A stretch of 63,944 bases of DNA, counting the filler, from Octopus bimaculoides (Eukaryota), in NCBI RefSeq assembly GCF_001194135.2. It is 6 parts of 6 records of this genome, joined end to end, with 100 filler letters (N's around TTAATTAATTAA, not from the genome) between each part and the next. Parts side by side here need not be neighbours in the genome. Positions count along the whole stretch, not along the records: positions 1 to 28,207 come from NC_068995.1; 5 more parts are not named here. One strand, 5' to 3'. The translations under genes were made by a program, and so were the position numbers. Below the pieces are notes generated by a model. That model did not search any database and was not told the origin of the DNA. It saw nothing but the letters and a program-made list of their open reading frames with translations. Below are positions 1-11,649 of the stretch, piece by piece (within the stretch, counting starts at the first letter, position 1; each line of letters opens with the position of its first letter).

Positions 1-390
1 CACACACTACAACTGACCAACTCCTTTCTCCCTTCCCCATTTTCACACTACATAAGTCAAGATCACCAGCATTCTATCTCCCACACATACAGCCCCTCGT
101 TCTTCGATCACCGTTTGTTATCTCCCCCTTTTCTTAGCTCTCATGAAAAAAGAATTTCTAACTTTCGGTCAGCCATTATTATGATTGACCGTTGACTGAA
201 CGCTATTCAATTTTTTTTCTCCGTGTTTTTCTCCTTGTCTCCGTATTCTTTCTGTTGAAGAGCGTAGCTCGAAACGTCAAAGACTTTCCGTATTCCCGAG
301 CGTCATATTAATACATCCTTTTGTTATTTACACCACCTGTCCTCGTCTGTTGTTGTTTTTTCGTACATTCTCCCATATATATATATACAC
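1..390 (+). mobile_element. Penelope-like (PLE) pseudo-LTR remnant with hammerhead-like motif
   Basis: Pyrimidine-rich non-coding stretch containing CTGTTGAAGAGCGTAGCTCGAAACGTCAAAGA and ending in (TA)n/(CA)n. This organisation is typical of PLE terminal repeats. Boundaries approximate. Confidence 0.55.
247..283 (+). ncRNA. Minimal type I hammerhead ribozyme-like motif (A6U core variant)
   Basis: Stem I TCTTT(247-251)/AAAGA(279-283); core CTGTTGA; extra A; stem II GAGC-GTA-GCTC; GAAA; palindromic ACGT stem III; GUC cleavage triplet. Confidence 0.5.
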
Positions 391-984
391 ACACACATAC
401 ACATAGCAGTGCATACAATAACTAAACTGATTACTTACACATGTTCATACCTGTATGCATACACTTACTTATGCACAAACAGCACTTCTAATTTATTTAC
501 AACTGGTCCACATTCTTGACACAATTAGAAAGCATAAGAGGTTCATAAAATCAGAGGAAATGGGCACTAGAAGGAGAAGAGTAATAGACAAAGTAAATAA
601 ATCAAATGATGAATGCCTTCCATACCAGGTAAATAATTAGATTAAATAAAAAGATATACAATAAAAAATTAATTTATAAGAAATACAAAAAGAATATAAA
701 GAGTTAAAATATAAAAAATATATATATAAGAAATAAAAAGGTATTGAAAATTATCAAGGTAAAAGAGTATAAAATATATATAATTATAATTATAATTATA
801 AAAGACAAAGCCTAGAAACTAATGAAGGTCAACACAGTCGTGGATATATGCATGAGAAAAATTAACAGCATAGTATGTGTATTAAGAATGTTATAAAAAT
901 TTAAAAGTGTATAATAGAATATTCAAATAAATTAGAAGGTATAAATATTACATACAAGATGTAGGATATAAGTATGTAATAGTA

Positions 985-1142
985 CGAGTGGCTGTGTGGT
1001 AAGTAGCTTGCTTACGAACTACATGGTTCCAGGTTCAGCCCCACTGCGTGGCACCTTAGGCATGTGTCTTTACTATAGCCACGGGCTGACCAAAGCCTTG
1101 TGAGTGGATTTGGTAGATGGAAAGTGAAAGAAGCCCATCGTA

Positions 1143-1221
<79 letters not shown>

Positions 1222-1412
1222 ATGTTTGTGCGTCTGCTTGACAACCGATGTTGGTGTGTTTACGTCCCCGTAACTTAGCGGTTCGGCAAAAGAAGCCAAT
1301 TGAATAAGTACTAGGCTTACAAAGAATAAGTCCTGGGGTCGATTTGCTTTACTAAAGGCGGTGCTCCAGCATGGCCACAGTCAGATGACTTAAACAAGTA
1401 AAAGAGTAAAAG
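985..1412 (+). mobile_element. tRNA-derived cephalopod-type SINE with internal (TA)n(TG)n
   Basis: Head GTGGCTGTGTGGTAAG...GGTTCAGCCCCACTGCGTGGCACCTTAGG and tail ...GGTGCTCCAGCATGGCCACAGTC...AACAAGTAAAAGAG. Homologous pieces recur at 31330-31530, 36330-36670, 47232-47655 and 48955-49180. Confidence 0.8.
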
Positions 1413-1424
1413 AATCAATTCGTC

Positions 1425-1565
1425 ATCATCATCATCATCATCTTCATTTAATATCCATTGTTCATGCTGGCATGGGTTGGACAGTGTGACCAGAGCTGGC
1501 AAGCTAGGGAGCTGCACCAGACTCCAGTCTAATTTGGCATGGTTTCTGTGGCTGGATGCTATTAT
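1425..1565 (-). mobile_element. RTE-LINE 3' tail fragment with (GAT)n end
   Basis: (CAT)n-TTTAA...CCATGCTGGCATGGGTTGGAC...GGCTGGATGC matches the 3' end of the RTE at 20715-21080. Other tail copies at 2735-2807, 16780-16980, 24118-24265, 25333-25800 and 48272-48421. Confidence 0.7.
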
Positions 1566-1659
1566 GTGGCCCTGTACTTTCTTATGTATCTTTGTAGGAG
1601 CTGTATCAATGCTTTTTACAGTTTAATGATATCTTCCAATTATTTTAGATATTTCTAAT

Positions 1660-2347
1660 GCCATTTGACTTTTTGCAAGTCCAGAAGTAATAACAGATTT
1701 CTCTGAAGAAGTTATGTCACATTTACGACCCCATAATTACATGATTATCAGACAATCATTAATAATTTGGAATACTGAAAGCTTGTGGAAATCATGTAAA
1801 TGGCCGTGGTTTGTTTACACTTGCACAAAGCCTCATGTTTTTTTTACATACCACGTGCATATAACTGTTGCCATCATCCTGTGGAAATTTTGTTGAATTC
1901 CAATGAGTTGTTTTTAAATAAAATTATAACATGCTACATTGTTAATAATTTGAAATGCACTGTATATGAAATGAGAAAATGATGAAATAAAAGTGCTATG
2001 TTAAATAAGTTATTCTGGTGGCTATGTTTCTTATTTTGTTTAGAAAAAACTGTTTGGAGTGATAACGGTTACAATCTACATATGTCTATGCTAAAACATG
2101 AATGTTCTCAAAGACATAAACTCATTGATAGATCTGGAAATATTTGGGAATGTTAAGATAGACTTGCAATTGGATGTGTATAAAAAAACAGACCATACAA
2201 TTGCATAATAAAGTTAGATGAAATAGATTCATTCTGCAGCAATTGATGAAGTTATTTTTCTCAGTCACCAGGAATTATCATCTCAGTGTCATCTTGAATC
2301 TAAAGAATCCAGTAATCGCAGAAATTATTAAAAAAACTCTTATTTAA
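1660..2347 (+). pseudogene. hAT (Tip100/ZMYM1-like) transposase fossil, segment 1
   Basis: Degenerate translation ...IDEVIFLSHQELSSQCHLESKESSNRRNY resembles the 'FLARQGLAFRGHDES..SxNRGNF' motif. The frame continues after the TTAA at 6174. Start approximate. Confidence 0.65.
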
Positions 2348-2605
2348 CCCTTTCATTACTAACCCAGCCGTAGCTGGCCAAAAAATTTTTTGGTTCATAA
2401 CACCAACCCAGCCGTAGCCGGCTGAGAGTACCCTTTGTTATCTAAATGTGAATTTAAGCACAAATCTTGTTAGTACATTTGTGAAAATACGTGATTTCAC
2501 TTTGTAAATGGTTGAATTATAATCCGACATTACTTGATGTGATATCTGAACTCAGTGAATTTTGGGAGATTTTTTTCCACATTTTTTCGGCATCGATTTT
2601 TTTCA

Positions 2606-3260
2606 ACTTTGAAAATGGATAGGAGTTTCATACTACCAAGTAGTGATTCCAAATTTAAAGGTTTTTCAACGGAAAATATGGAGATATCTAGAAAAAGAAT
2701 GAATGAGGTACAAAAGCACATGGTGTACGAGAATCATCATCATCATTGTTTAACGTCCGCTTTCCATGCTAGCATGGGCCGGACGGCTTGACTGAGGACT
2801 GGTGAAANNNNNNNNNNGAAAGCAGCGATTCTGAAGAAACTGAAAGTGGTGATAGTGACAGCAAAGACAATTTTACATCAGAATGAAGTAAAAATTTTAA
2901 AAATGTTTTTATTAGCAATTTTTCTGAGGAGATGGGGTCTATCCATAGTCTTGCTTAGAAGCGAAACCGTTAGACTTTTATTTTTCTCAGTATGCTTGTT
3001 TGAAGCGATCACTGCGGAAACAAACTGTTACACAGAATGTAAACAAACAGTATATGCCATGAACGCCCACTAATGGGGCATCAAAGTTTGGAAAATTTGT
3101 GAAGCAAATACTGGGTGCTGCTGTGGATTTAATTTTTATAAAGGGAAACTAATGTTAGTCAGCATGGCCTAGGGTACGATGTGGTCTGGAATTTATCACT
3201 TCCATACCATAACCAGGGCCGTATATTATTTTTTTGACCGATTTTTTTTAGTTCAGTGAA
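2606..3260 (+). pseudogene. piggyBac transposase copy A (5' part, internally deleted)
   Basis: MDRSFILPSSDSKFKGFS..., then WGIKVWKICEANTG and HGLGYDVVWNLSLPYHNQGRILFFDRFFSSVK in shifted frames. Interrupted by an RTE tail and a gap. Confidence 0.75.
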
Positions 3261-3279
3261 ACTTGTGGATTTAGATGGA

Positions 3280-3920
3280 TTCCAGTATTTCAGTTTATTT
3301 CACCTTTATGGTACACCTGTTCTGTTGTGCATTAAATTCAACTGATAATCTAGTGATGTGCACAATTCTTCTATATCAAAATTTTGTTGCATACCCAATT
3401 GAATATTAGCTGATGATTCATTTTCTATGGTGATGTTTAAACAAAATTTTAATATTTTTACCTTTTGCTTAGTTTACTTGGATTTACCTGTAATTAGAAT
3501 CACTTTGAAACAAAAGTTTTGCAATAGAATTGATTAACCCTTTTGTTACCATATTTCTAACCAAAATACACCCCTTATGTGTTTCAATTAATTTCTAACA
3601 TAATCATAAATTTAGTCTGGTTTCATTAAACAACTCTAACGTTTTTATTTATCAACATATTAATGTGATTTTTGGAAGATAATTTAACGAAAGGTTCTCA
3701 ACCAATTCTATCCCATGATTCTTGTCACAAAGTGACTCTAATTACAGGTAAATACAGGTAAATTCAACAAAATATAAAATTATTAAAATTTTTGTTCAAA
3801 CATCGCTATAGAAAATGGGTTATACAACAAAATTTTATTATAGAAGAGTTGTGCACATTACTGGATTCATCAGGTGAATTTAACACACAAAAGACAGGTG
3901 TACCATAAAGGTATAAGTAA
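3280..3920. repeat. Long foldback (inverted arms ~3280-3533 and ~3700-3920) around a piggyBac-type ~160-bp unit
   Basis: CCTTTATGGTACACCTGT at ~3303 is the reverse complement of ACAGGTGTACCATAAAGG at ~3894. The central unit starts TTAA-CCCTTTTGTTACC at 3534. Confidence 0.7.
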
Positions 3921-4159
3921 AACAAAAGACTGGAATTTGTCTGAAGAAAACTAGAAAACAAAATACACAGGCACCATCAACTAGATTAAATAAGCTCTCC
4001 CATATACATAGATACACAGAAATATACAATAATGATTTACAAAAGAAATTAATCAAAATTCCTCACTCACCTTACAGGTAAATTAAAATTACACACAAAG
4101 AAAAATAAAAACGAATTAAATTTGAAAATATTTATAAAATCAAATCACACATATACAAA

Positions 4160-5773
4160 TCAAACAATATTCCTATCATGGAAACTTGTAAAGCACCCTG
4201 CTCTACATAATGCAACCTTGCAGAATGCACATTGGAAAGTTGTTTCAACAGCCCTTCCACTAAGAGCTTTCCTCTTTTGATGAAGGCATCCGCAACACTG
4301 CTGTTTGTGACCCTCAATTTTTTTCTAATTTATGGAGATCGGCTGAATTCAGAGGGATATCTCTCTGGCAGGCTTTGCTTTTTCTTCCTACAGTTATTTT
4401 TTTTTTGGAATAACTAGCTCTTAGTTGTGTTGCTACATCTGCAGATGGTCGCATAGCTTTCGAGCCGGTCCTGATTTGGTATATAGTATAAATGCATTAA
4501 TAATATTCATATTTACTATATACCAAACCAGGTATTGCCACCATTTATTCCCCAGTCTGCCAACTGGATAATAAGACATCATCTGATTCAGCCAGTCTAC
4601 ACCACCCATGTACCTGTTATAATCGAGGTTCACAAATGGCATGCCATTTTCATCCACATGTGGCCGTGCACAGGTAGACAGAAAATTAATCTGCCTCTTA
4701 TCTCTGTATGCAGTCGCTAGCAAATTTCCTTCCTGCCGTTGAATTATTTCACCTTTTTTTTTTTAAATTTTGCTTTTTTTATATCCAACGGCAGTCCTTT
4801 TCTACTAGCGATCACTGTGGCACATGAATGTGTTGCCACAGTATCTAAATTCTCAGCAAATTTGACCGAACTGAAAAATCGGTCAAAAAATAATATACGG
4901 TGCTGGTTATAGTATGGAAGTGATAAATTCCAGACCACATGATACCCTAGGCCATGCTGACTTATATAATTGTCTCTTTTTCCTGTATAAAATTCAAATC
5001 CAGAGCAGTACCTAGTATTTGATTCACAAATCTTCCTAACTTTGATTCCCCATTTTGTGGGCTTTCCTGGCATATACTGTCGAAAACGCACTTGGCCTTT
5101 ATAGCCCACCATACCCTCATCAATTGATAAATATCTCCCTGGTCTATAAACTGTTTTATATGTGGTTTGAACACAGTCAATGAGGGGTCTTATTTTAAAT
5201 AAGGGATCAAAATCTGGTTCTCCACATACTGGTGTACTTCTTGTGTCCCGCATATGTGAATACTGAGACAGTTTCAAAAATTGTGTCCTCGTCATTATAC
5301 TTGAGACATATTCATCTCCAAAGGGTTCATCACTCCTCCAGCAATTTGTTATTCTGGGTAACTTTCTAATGCCCATAATAATATTTATGGCAAAATATGC
5401 CTTAATTTCATTCAAGTTTGTGGGAAACCACAAACTATCCTTTTTTACGCTTTGTTTACTTTCAGCTTAACGCTTTGTTTCCGCTTTGCTCTCCTGGGAA
5501 AGACTGTGACATGGTCCAGTTTCTTTCAGAAAAATCAGTGAAAGAAACACTTTTAAAATTTTTATTCCATTCAGGTGCCAATTCATTTTCCTTATCGCTG
5601 TCATCGGAGCTCTTGGATTCACTGCTTTCACTTTTGGAAAATGAAACATCAGATTCATTATCAAATACCACGTGCTTTTTTGTTTCGGTTACAGAGTTAG
5701 ATTTATCAAGGTCTTCAATGGAATATCCTTCGAATTCTGACTTGCTGCTTGATAGAATAAAATTTGTATCCAT
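4160..5773 (-). pseudogene. piggyBac transposase copy B (near full length, frameshifted)
   Basis: Motifs YLSIDEGMV, KPTKWGIK, LFFDRFFSS, YNRYMGGVD and C-terminal Cys-rich CCGC...CAFCKVALCRAGCFTSFH. Split over several ORFs. Confidence 0.9.
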
Positions 5774-6173
5774 TTCTTGTCAGAATTACAAATTTTAAAA
5801 ACACAACAGGAACAAATTTGGAAAAAAATCTCACAAAATTCACAAAATTAAAATAACACTTCGATCGTTGCACAAAACTATAGCTCAACTGTTTAGGGCA
5901 GTATAATCACGTGTTTTCACGAATGTACTAACGAGATTTGCTCTGATATTCTCATTTAAATATGAATATGTGATTACGGGCAGTTTTGGGCGGCTTGGTC
6001 ACATGAACCAAAATTTTATTCGGGCGGCTTTGGGCAGAAATATCACATTAATATGTTGATAAGTAAAAAAGTTACAGTTGTTTAATGAAACTAGTCTAAA
6101 TTCATGATTATTTTAGAATTTAATTGAAATTCATGAGGAGTGTACTTTGGTCAGAAATATAGTAACGAAAGGG

Positions 6174-6480
6174 TTAATAAGTAAAGATGATGAAAAATAG
6201 TCTAGCCATCTTCATGCAGCTTTTGTTTTCTCAAGTCTCTGAAACAGGATTCAAAATGATTTAACTGATGCATTTGGAAAAGTGATGGTGGATGAAACAG
6301 AAAATGAACTGAAGCAGGCTAAATTTGTAGCTATTTTTGTAAGTCCGATGTATTGAGATATTCCAAACTGTCAACTGTTTGTTTTACATTGTGATAAAAA
6401 ATTGTGTTATTAAAGACAGATTTATCGGTTTTAATGATGTGAATGCAGATCGTTCAGCAAATGCTTTATCTGAACATATT
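6174..6480 (+). pseudogene. hAT transposase fossil, segment 2
   Basis: LISKDDEK*SSHL...NRIQNDLTDAFGKVMVDETENELKQAKFVAIF...KDRFIGFNDVNADRSANALSEHI. Confidence 0.75.
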
Positions 6481-8008
6481 TACCTCCGCCAAGGAAGGAG
6501 GTTATGTTTTCATCGGCATTGGTTTGTCCGTCTGTCTGTCTGTCTGGGCAAAATAACTCAAAATGTTGTGAACAGTATTTGATGAAACTTTCAGGAAAAG
6601 TTGGTAATTACTCAAGGAATAGATGATGAAATTTTGGTAGTGATCTTGGAATTTTTATGGATTCTTGAAGCATTTTTCATTTGTTATATTTACTTTACAT
6701 GAAGTATTACAATGTTACGTTCTTTGATTATCTTTGGTGTTGCTGTTTCCAAAGTTTATTTTTGTTTCTCTGTTAGTAATTTTACTTGCGTATCTATCTT
6801 AAAATGAGCTGTTTGGCAGAGGTCTGTGGAGGATGACATGACAAGCCTTGACTATTGGGATTGACTCAAAAAGCTCAGGCTTTGCTCCCTCCACCGCCGC
6901 TGTGAGCTCTATATCATCTGTATGATGTGGAAAATATTCCATCAACATTGCCCATCTTTAAAATTCGTCCAAGGTTTGGCCCTTGTGTCATCCGTCCATT
7001 ACGGAAATGTTCGTGTTGTATCAACACTATGACAGAACTATTTCACCTCAATTGGTCCTGCTCTCTTCAACATTGTGCCAGACACACATAAAAGAGGGAA
7101 GTGACTTGATGGAATTCAAATGATCCCTAGTTGATTACCCCCAACAAATACCAGATAAACCACCCACACCCAGATATGTCTCTGAAAACAATAACCCTCT
7201 GCTTGAATGGGCTACGGTTCCCCAGAGCTGACTGTGTATCTTTTCCAGGTGGTGCTGTTAAATTAGACATGGCCTGAGTCAACTTCGGCCAAAACTTATC
7301 TCAGTAATCTAATCTATGCTGTAACCTTTTAATGAAAGCATAACAACGTGGGTAGAGGCTGATATCTTAACATTTCTGATGGTCTTAAGTATAAAAAAAA
7401 ATTATTACAGATTTATATAGAACTACATTCAGAGAATGTCTATATGCTATTGTGTTTAAACCTGGTTTCTATCCTCAAACTGTTCCATTTTGTAGATGCA
7501 ATTTTTTTTTTTTAATAAAGCACTCTGAAATTAGAAAAATCAAAAACCTGCAATAAATCTTGGTACCATGAGTATTGGATAATGGATTTTCAACTGTGTA
7601 AAGAAACTGATTGTGGTGATTGTAGTTTTGACGGTGATTGTGGTGAACGCAGATACTATGTTGATGATGACGATGGTCAAGATAAGTATGGGAAGAGAAT
7701 AAAATAGTATCGGTGGTTATAATGGCGACAGGAGCAGTGTGATGCTTAGGTGATGGTGGTAATAGTGGTGTTGATGATAGTGTTAGTTGTGTGATGGTGG
7801 TATTGTAGTGGTTATACTGGTTGTGGTGGTGAAAGTGACTGTCAAGGTAACCATCACGATAGCGTTGATGGCAGTGTATGTGGTTCAAGTGGAAGCAATG
7901 ACAATGTTGCAGATGATGTTGGTGGGTGTGGTGGTGGTGGTCATCGTCATCGTAGTGCTGCTCCTGCTGGTTTGGTGGAGGTCTGCGCTCTCCGAGTGCT
8001 TTTCTAGT
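6478..8008 (+). mobile_element. TIR-less non-autonomous element (possibly Crypton-type) with secondary insertions
   Basis: Left end TATTTACCTCCGCCAAGGAAGGAGGTTATG, right end GGAGGTCTGCGCTCTCCGAGTGCTTTTCTAGTT. It splits the hAT frame cleanly. The class assignment is from memory and unverified. Confidence 0.5.
6830..7310 (+). mobile_element. CR1/L2-like LINE 3' fragment
   Basis: DYWDxLKKLRLCSLHRRCELYII...IPDKPPTPRYVSENNNPLLEW. Similar to the LINE 3' region at ~15700-16060. Confidence 0.65.
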
Positions 8009-8230
8009 TTTAAATGCATTGAAATGTGGAAGTGTGGAAACAAATTAATTGCACAAACCTATGGTGTGGCCACTACAATGGCAGGACAGTTAAGTGGATT
8101 GCAGTCAAATGTAAGGGGGAAATATGAATGTGCGATTTTTGTTCATTGTTGTACAATGAACAAATTGTACAAATCTAGTTCTTTTGCTAGAATGCTTTTC
8201 TATAAATGAATGGAAGATATTTTGTCTATC
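8005..8230 (+). pseudogene. hAT transposase fossil, segment 3
   Basis: FKCIEMWKCGNKLIAQTYGVATTMAGQLSGLQSNVRGKYECAIFVHC corresponds to the 'QxYDGAxxMxG...FVHC' hAT motif. Confidence 0.75.
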
Positions 8231-8319
8231 ATAAATGTACTGGGTGCATTTATTACAAAATCACCTATGTGTTAGATAACATAATGCATAATGATACCTA
8301 CAGATATTGCTACACCTAT

Positions 8320-9110
8320 TATGTGTCCGTAGCTTGCTCTGGGTGCATCTGATAGAATTACTACTTATGCCTTTTCTACATATCAAGCAGGGCCATCTCC
8401 TTGAAGGGATTTGTGATTTGTATGCTTTCTTACTAAGACCCAGGTTTTTGCTAAATTAACTCTGAGGCCCTTTGATTCCATACCTTCCTTTCACATCTGA
8501 AATTTTTCCACAGGAGCAGCCCAATTTCAGTTCCTTTGTTATTGCTTGGAGAAATATGTTGAACAAAAGCAGGCTGATGACCGATCCTTGGAGAATTCCT
8601 ATTTATACACTGAATTTATGCTACGCTCATTGCCAACCCTTACCTTACTGACAACATCCCTGTACATGGCTTCTATCACTCTCATCAACCACTCATCTAT
8701 TCCTAGCTTCTGCATTGACCACCAGATAAGGAAGCAGGGGACCCTGTTGAAGGCTTTCTTCATATCAACAAAAGCCAAGTACAGAGGTTTGTTTTAGGTT
8801 AAATTCTTCTGTAGCTGTCTTGCCAGGAATATAGCATTAGTGGTGCTTCTCCCTATTACAAAACCAAACTGCATCTAATCTTGGCTAACTCCTCTTCCTA
8901 ATTAGTTGTACTATGACTCTCTCCATAACTTTCATCACCTGATCCAACAAGTTGATACTGCTAATTATTTCTGTCTAAGGTGTCACCATTACCTCTGTAG
9001 CAGTTGACTACGGTCCTTCTACACCAGTCATTGTGAAGAACTCCCTCTCATGAGTTCTCTACATTTAAAAGCCTTTCATAGTGCCACTTCCAAGCTTCTG
9101 TCTTGTGTGT
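8320..9110 (-). mobile_element. RTE LINE reverse transcriptase fragment
   Basis: Collinear with and similar to the RT region of the RTE at 21900-22750 (QFGFV..STTNAIFLARQLQ...KPLYLAFVDMKKAF). Confidence 0.75.
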
Positions 9111-10489
9111 GCTTGTGTATGTGTGTATACACTTATATGTTCATGCAGTTAAATATATGCCTGGTCATAGAGTGACCAATGGTTTCGCATCCATAAGTGC
9201 CTTGTCTTATGGACAACTTGTCAGACTCTAAATGGTGGAGGGCATATGACCCCACTTCAGACTGGAGGTAGAAAACCATTATGGTCAGTTAATTTGTAAA
9301 CAAGGAATAAAATCCAGCTTGAAGCTTTAGCCAGGAGGAGTTACTTCCCTTAGACCAGTTCAGTTGGCAAATTTTATGGATTTAAAGGGCGAACACGGAA
9401 TCTCCACCTTTAGGCTGTTTCCAGACTGCAACGACTCTTTTCCAGCTCTAATCGATGAATGGGGTATCCCATGCTTGCAGCAGGTAGTGTTTGAAATGTG
9501 GCCAGGGGCTGTAGATCTCATGTCTAGAGTTTGAGAGAGACTTTTGGATTCACGGAGTCTTCAAAAATCCTTGCTCTCTCTACATCATCCACTCCTGTTT
9601 ATGTAGAACCATGGCTGTTCTATGATCCTCTATTTAATTTTGCATGGAGTTCCTTCATCCTTAAGGCTGGTCTTGACATACTGTCTTTCTGAACTTGACT
9701 GTCATGGCTGGACTTGACTGTCATGGCTGGATTTGACATACTGTCTTTCCGGAACCATGAAAGAGGACCTGTTGTTGTATAGGTGCTGCTTAAAAGCAGT
9801 TTCAGCCAACCTGATATATCACCAAACTTGAGTGCTGGTTGTGTTCATATGTCTGTATCTTTTGTTGGCTCTGCACCTGGAGTTGTTGTTGCCACTGCTG
9901 ATATTGGTGCTGGTATTATGGGGCATGGGTCTGGCAATAGTGCCGTAGTTGTTGTTATTGCAATAGTCATCCTGGCCATAGTGCTGGTGTTGCTGCTGCT
10001 GTCACTGTTAATACTGCGCATGGGACTGGTAGTTTTGCTAGTGTTGACATGGTCGTCATCTCTGGTCATAATGTTGGTGATGGTGCTGCAGTTGTTACTG
10101 TCTGTGCTGGTATTTCTGCTGCTGTTGTTTGGTCTGGGTATCTGAATACCATCACAGCTTCATATACAACTACCTCAGCCTTGCATTGGCTCCCCCATTG
10201 TGCAGTCATTGTACTTCGTGCACAAGCAATTGGCCTCTGTCTGCATTTTATGGTTGTTTGTTAATATTCTTGGGTGTGCAATTGAAGCAGACCCTTAGGT
10301 TGTGCCTATTGTACAAACATCCGTACCAATGAGTCCAATGAGGTTACACTGTTGTAGGCTCCCATCGCTACATCGAAGGAACCTTCGGGGTCGGATTGCT
10401 TAACCCACATTGAATCTTTATTAAACAGCACTGTTCTCCCTGGTGTGCATCATGACATCTATGTCTCTATCCCTAATTTCATTCAAGCC

Positions 10490-10930
10490 CCTAGCAAAGG
10501 AAAGTGCCTTGATCAGTAACCCCTTCAACATAGACGGGTAAAAGTTGACTATGTTGATTTGTGTGAACCTTGCTCAGCCCCCTCTTGTTGGCATTAAACC
10601 ATGAAATCACCTTGTTGGTGCTGTCCCACAGGGAGAGGTTAGAAATTTTTATGCCGTCATTGATCGTCTTTATTGTATATTTGCTCTCCTGTCCAATCTC
10701 GGATTTGGCCAAGTTGATCAGGTGGCATTTGGAGTTAGAGGCAAAGTTCAGTTTATGGTCTCTGATTGTGATGAAGGCATTTCTCTTTGCAAATATTTTT
10801 ACTTTATCGGCTATACCTAGGCTATTGGCTAATTGTTTGGCTTCACTGTTAATGTTATTGCATGTTTGCGGAGAAGTGCACTTACGCTTCTGTGTTATGA
10901 AATTGTCTAAAAGGCTCTCGTAATTATGTG
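10490..10930 (-). mobile_element. Penelope-like RT N-terminal fragment
   Basis: AFITIRDHKLNFASNSKCHLINLAKSEIGQESK...WDSTNKVISWF matches the PLE motif 'FITLKDHKxNF...CRLINPAKSEIG'. Confidence 0.75.
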
Positions 10931-11649
10931 GATTTATCCTATATGTGCTTTTAGTCTTGTCTGAGAAGAGTAAGGACCTGTCAAAGATTTTTAATTGTCA
11001 TATATCTGTACAGAGTTTGTGTTGAAATGGGGAAGGAGACTTATGGAATCTTAGCTTGGGAATGATGCCCAGTACGTCTCTTTCAAGGAACTCAAGGCTT
11101 TGAGTTCCTTGATCATGGGTGAGAAGGTCATAAACTTGATCCTGTAAATGTTGGCCTCAGAGGTTGGTGTGCCTTAGTCATAGAAATATACCTTCCACCT
11201 CATTCACCTTCTGAGGTTGATCATTTTCTCTAGTAGCATTTTCGTATTAAACTTGATAGATGGTGTTGGGAATTCTTTCCTGAATAACTGATGTTGTAAA
11301 GTTCCATGTTATCTGAGAATTAATGGCTTTCAGGAATATGGAGAAGCACATAGCGTCGGTACAGCTATCAAATGTAAACCACGTGGTGGCCTTTGTAAGA
11401 AACTCTGGAAGCACATCGAGGTGTAAAAGGCATTCCAAAACTGACCTTGCCTGTGCTGTGGCCAGGTAAGAAACACTCAGTTCACTTTGCATGGGGGTTG
11501 GTGTTAGGAAGGGCATCCAGCTGTAATAACAATCCCAAAACAGACACACAGTATCCTAGGGTAATTTTCTAACTGGCTGGCTCCTGTCAGGCTGTCCAAC
11601 TGATGCCTGCATGGAAGACGGATATTAAACAATGATGATGATGATATAT

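Larger units (their letters stand above)
2348..6173. mobile_element. Composite piggyBac insertion with TTAA target-site duplication
   Basis: TTAA at 2344-2347 and 6174-6177. Termini CCCTTTCATTACTA... and ...TAGTAACGAAAGGG are inverted repeats. Two related transposase remnants lie in opposite orientation inside. Confidence 0.8.

Noticed and set aside
7787-8209. Hydrophobic 'membrane protein' ORFs (also 9783-10145, 27189-27763)
   Set aside because: They come from (GGT)n, (GTT)n and (CTTT)n low-complexity DNA; the non-repetitive tail of 7787-8209 is hAT transposase.
10300-10490. Possible HDV-like ribozyme in a LINE 5' UTR-like region
   Set aside because: I could not assign the nested double pseudoknot by eye; only a small GAAGG/CCTTC hairpin is evident.
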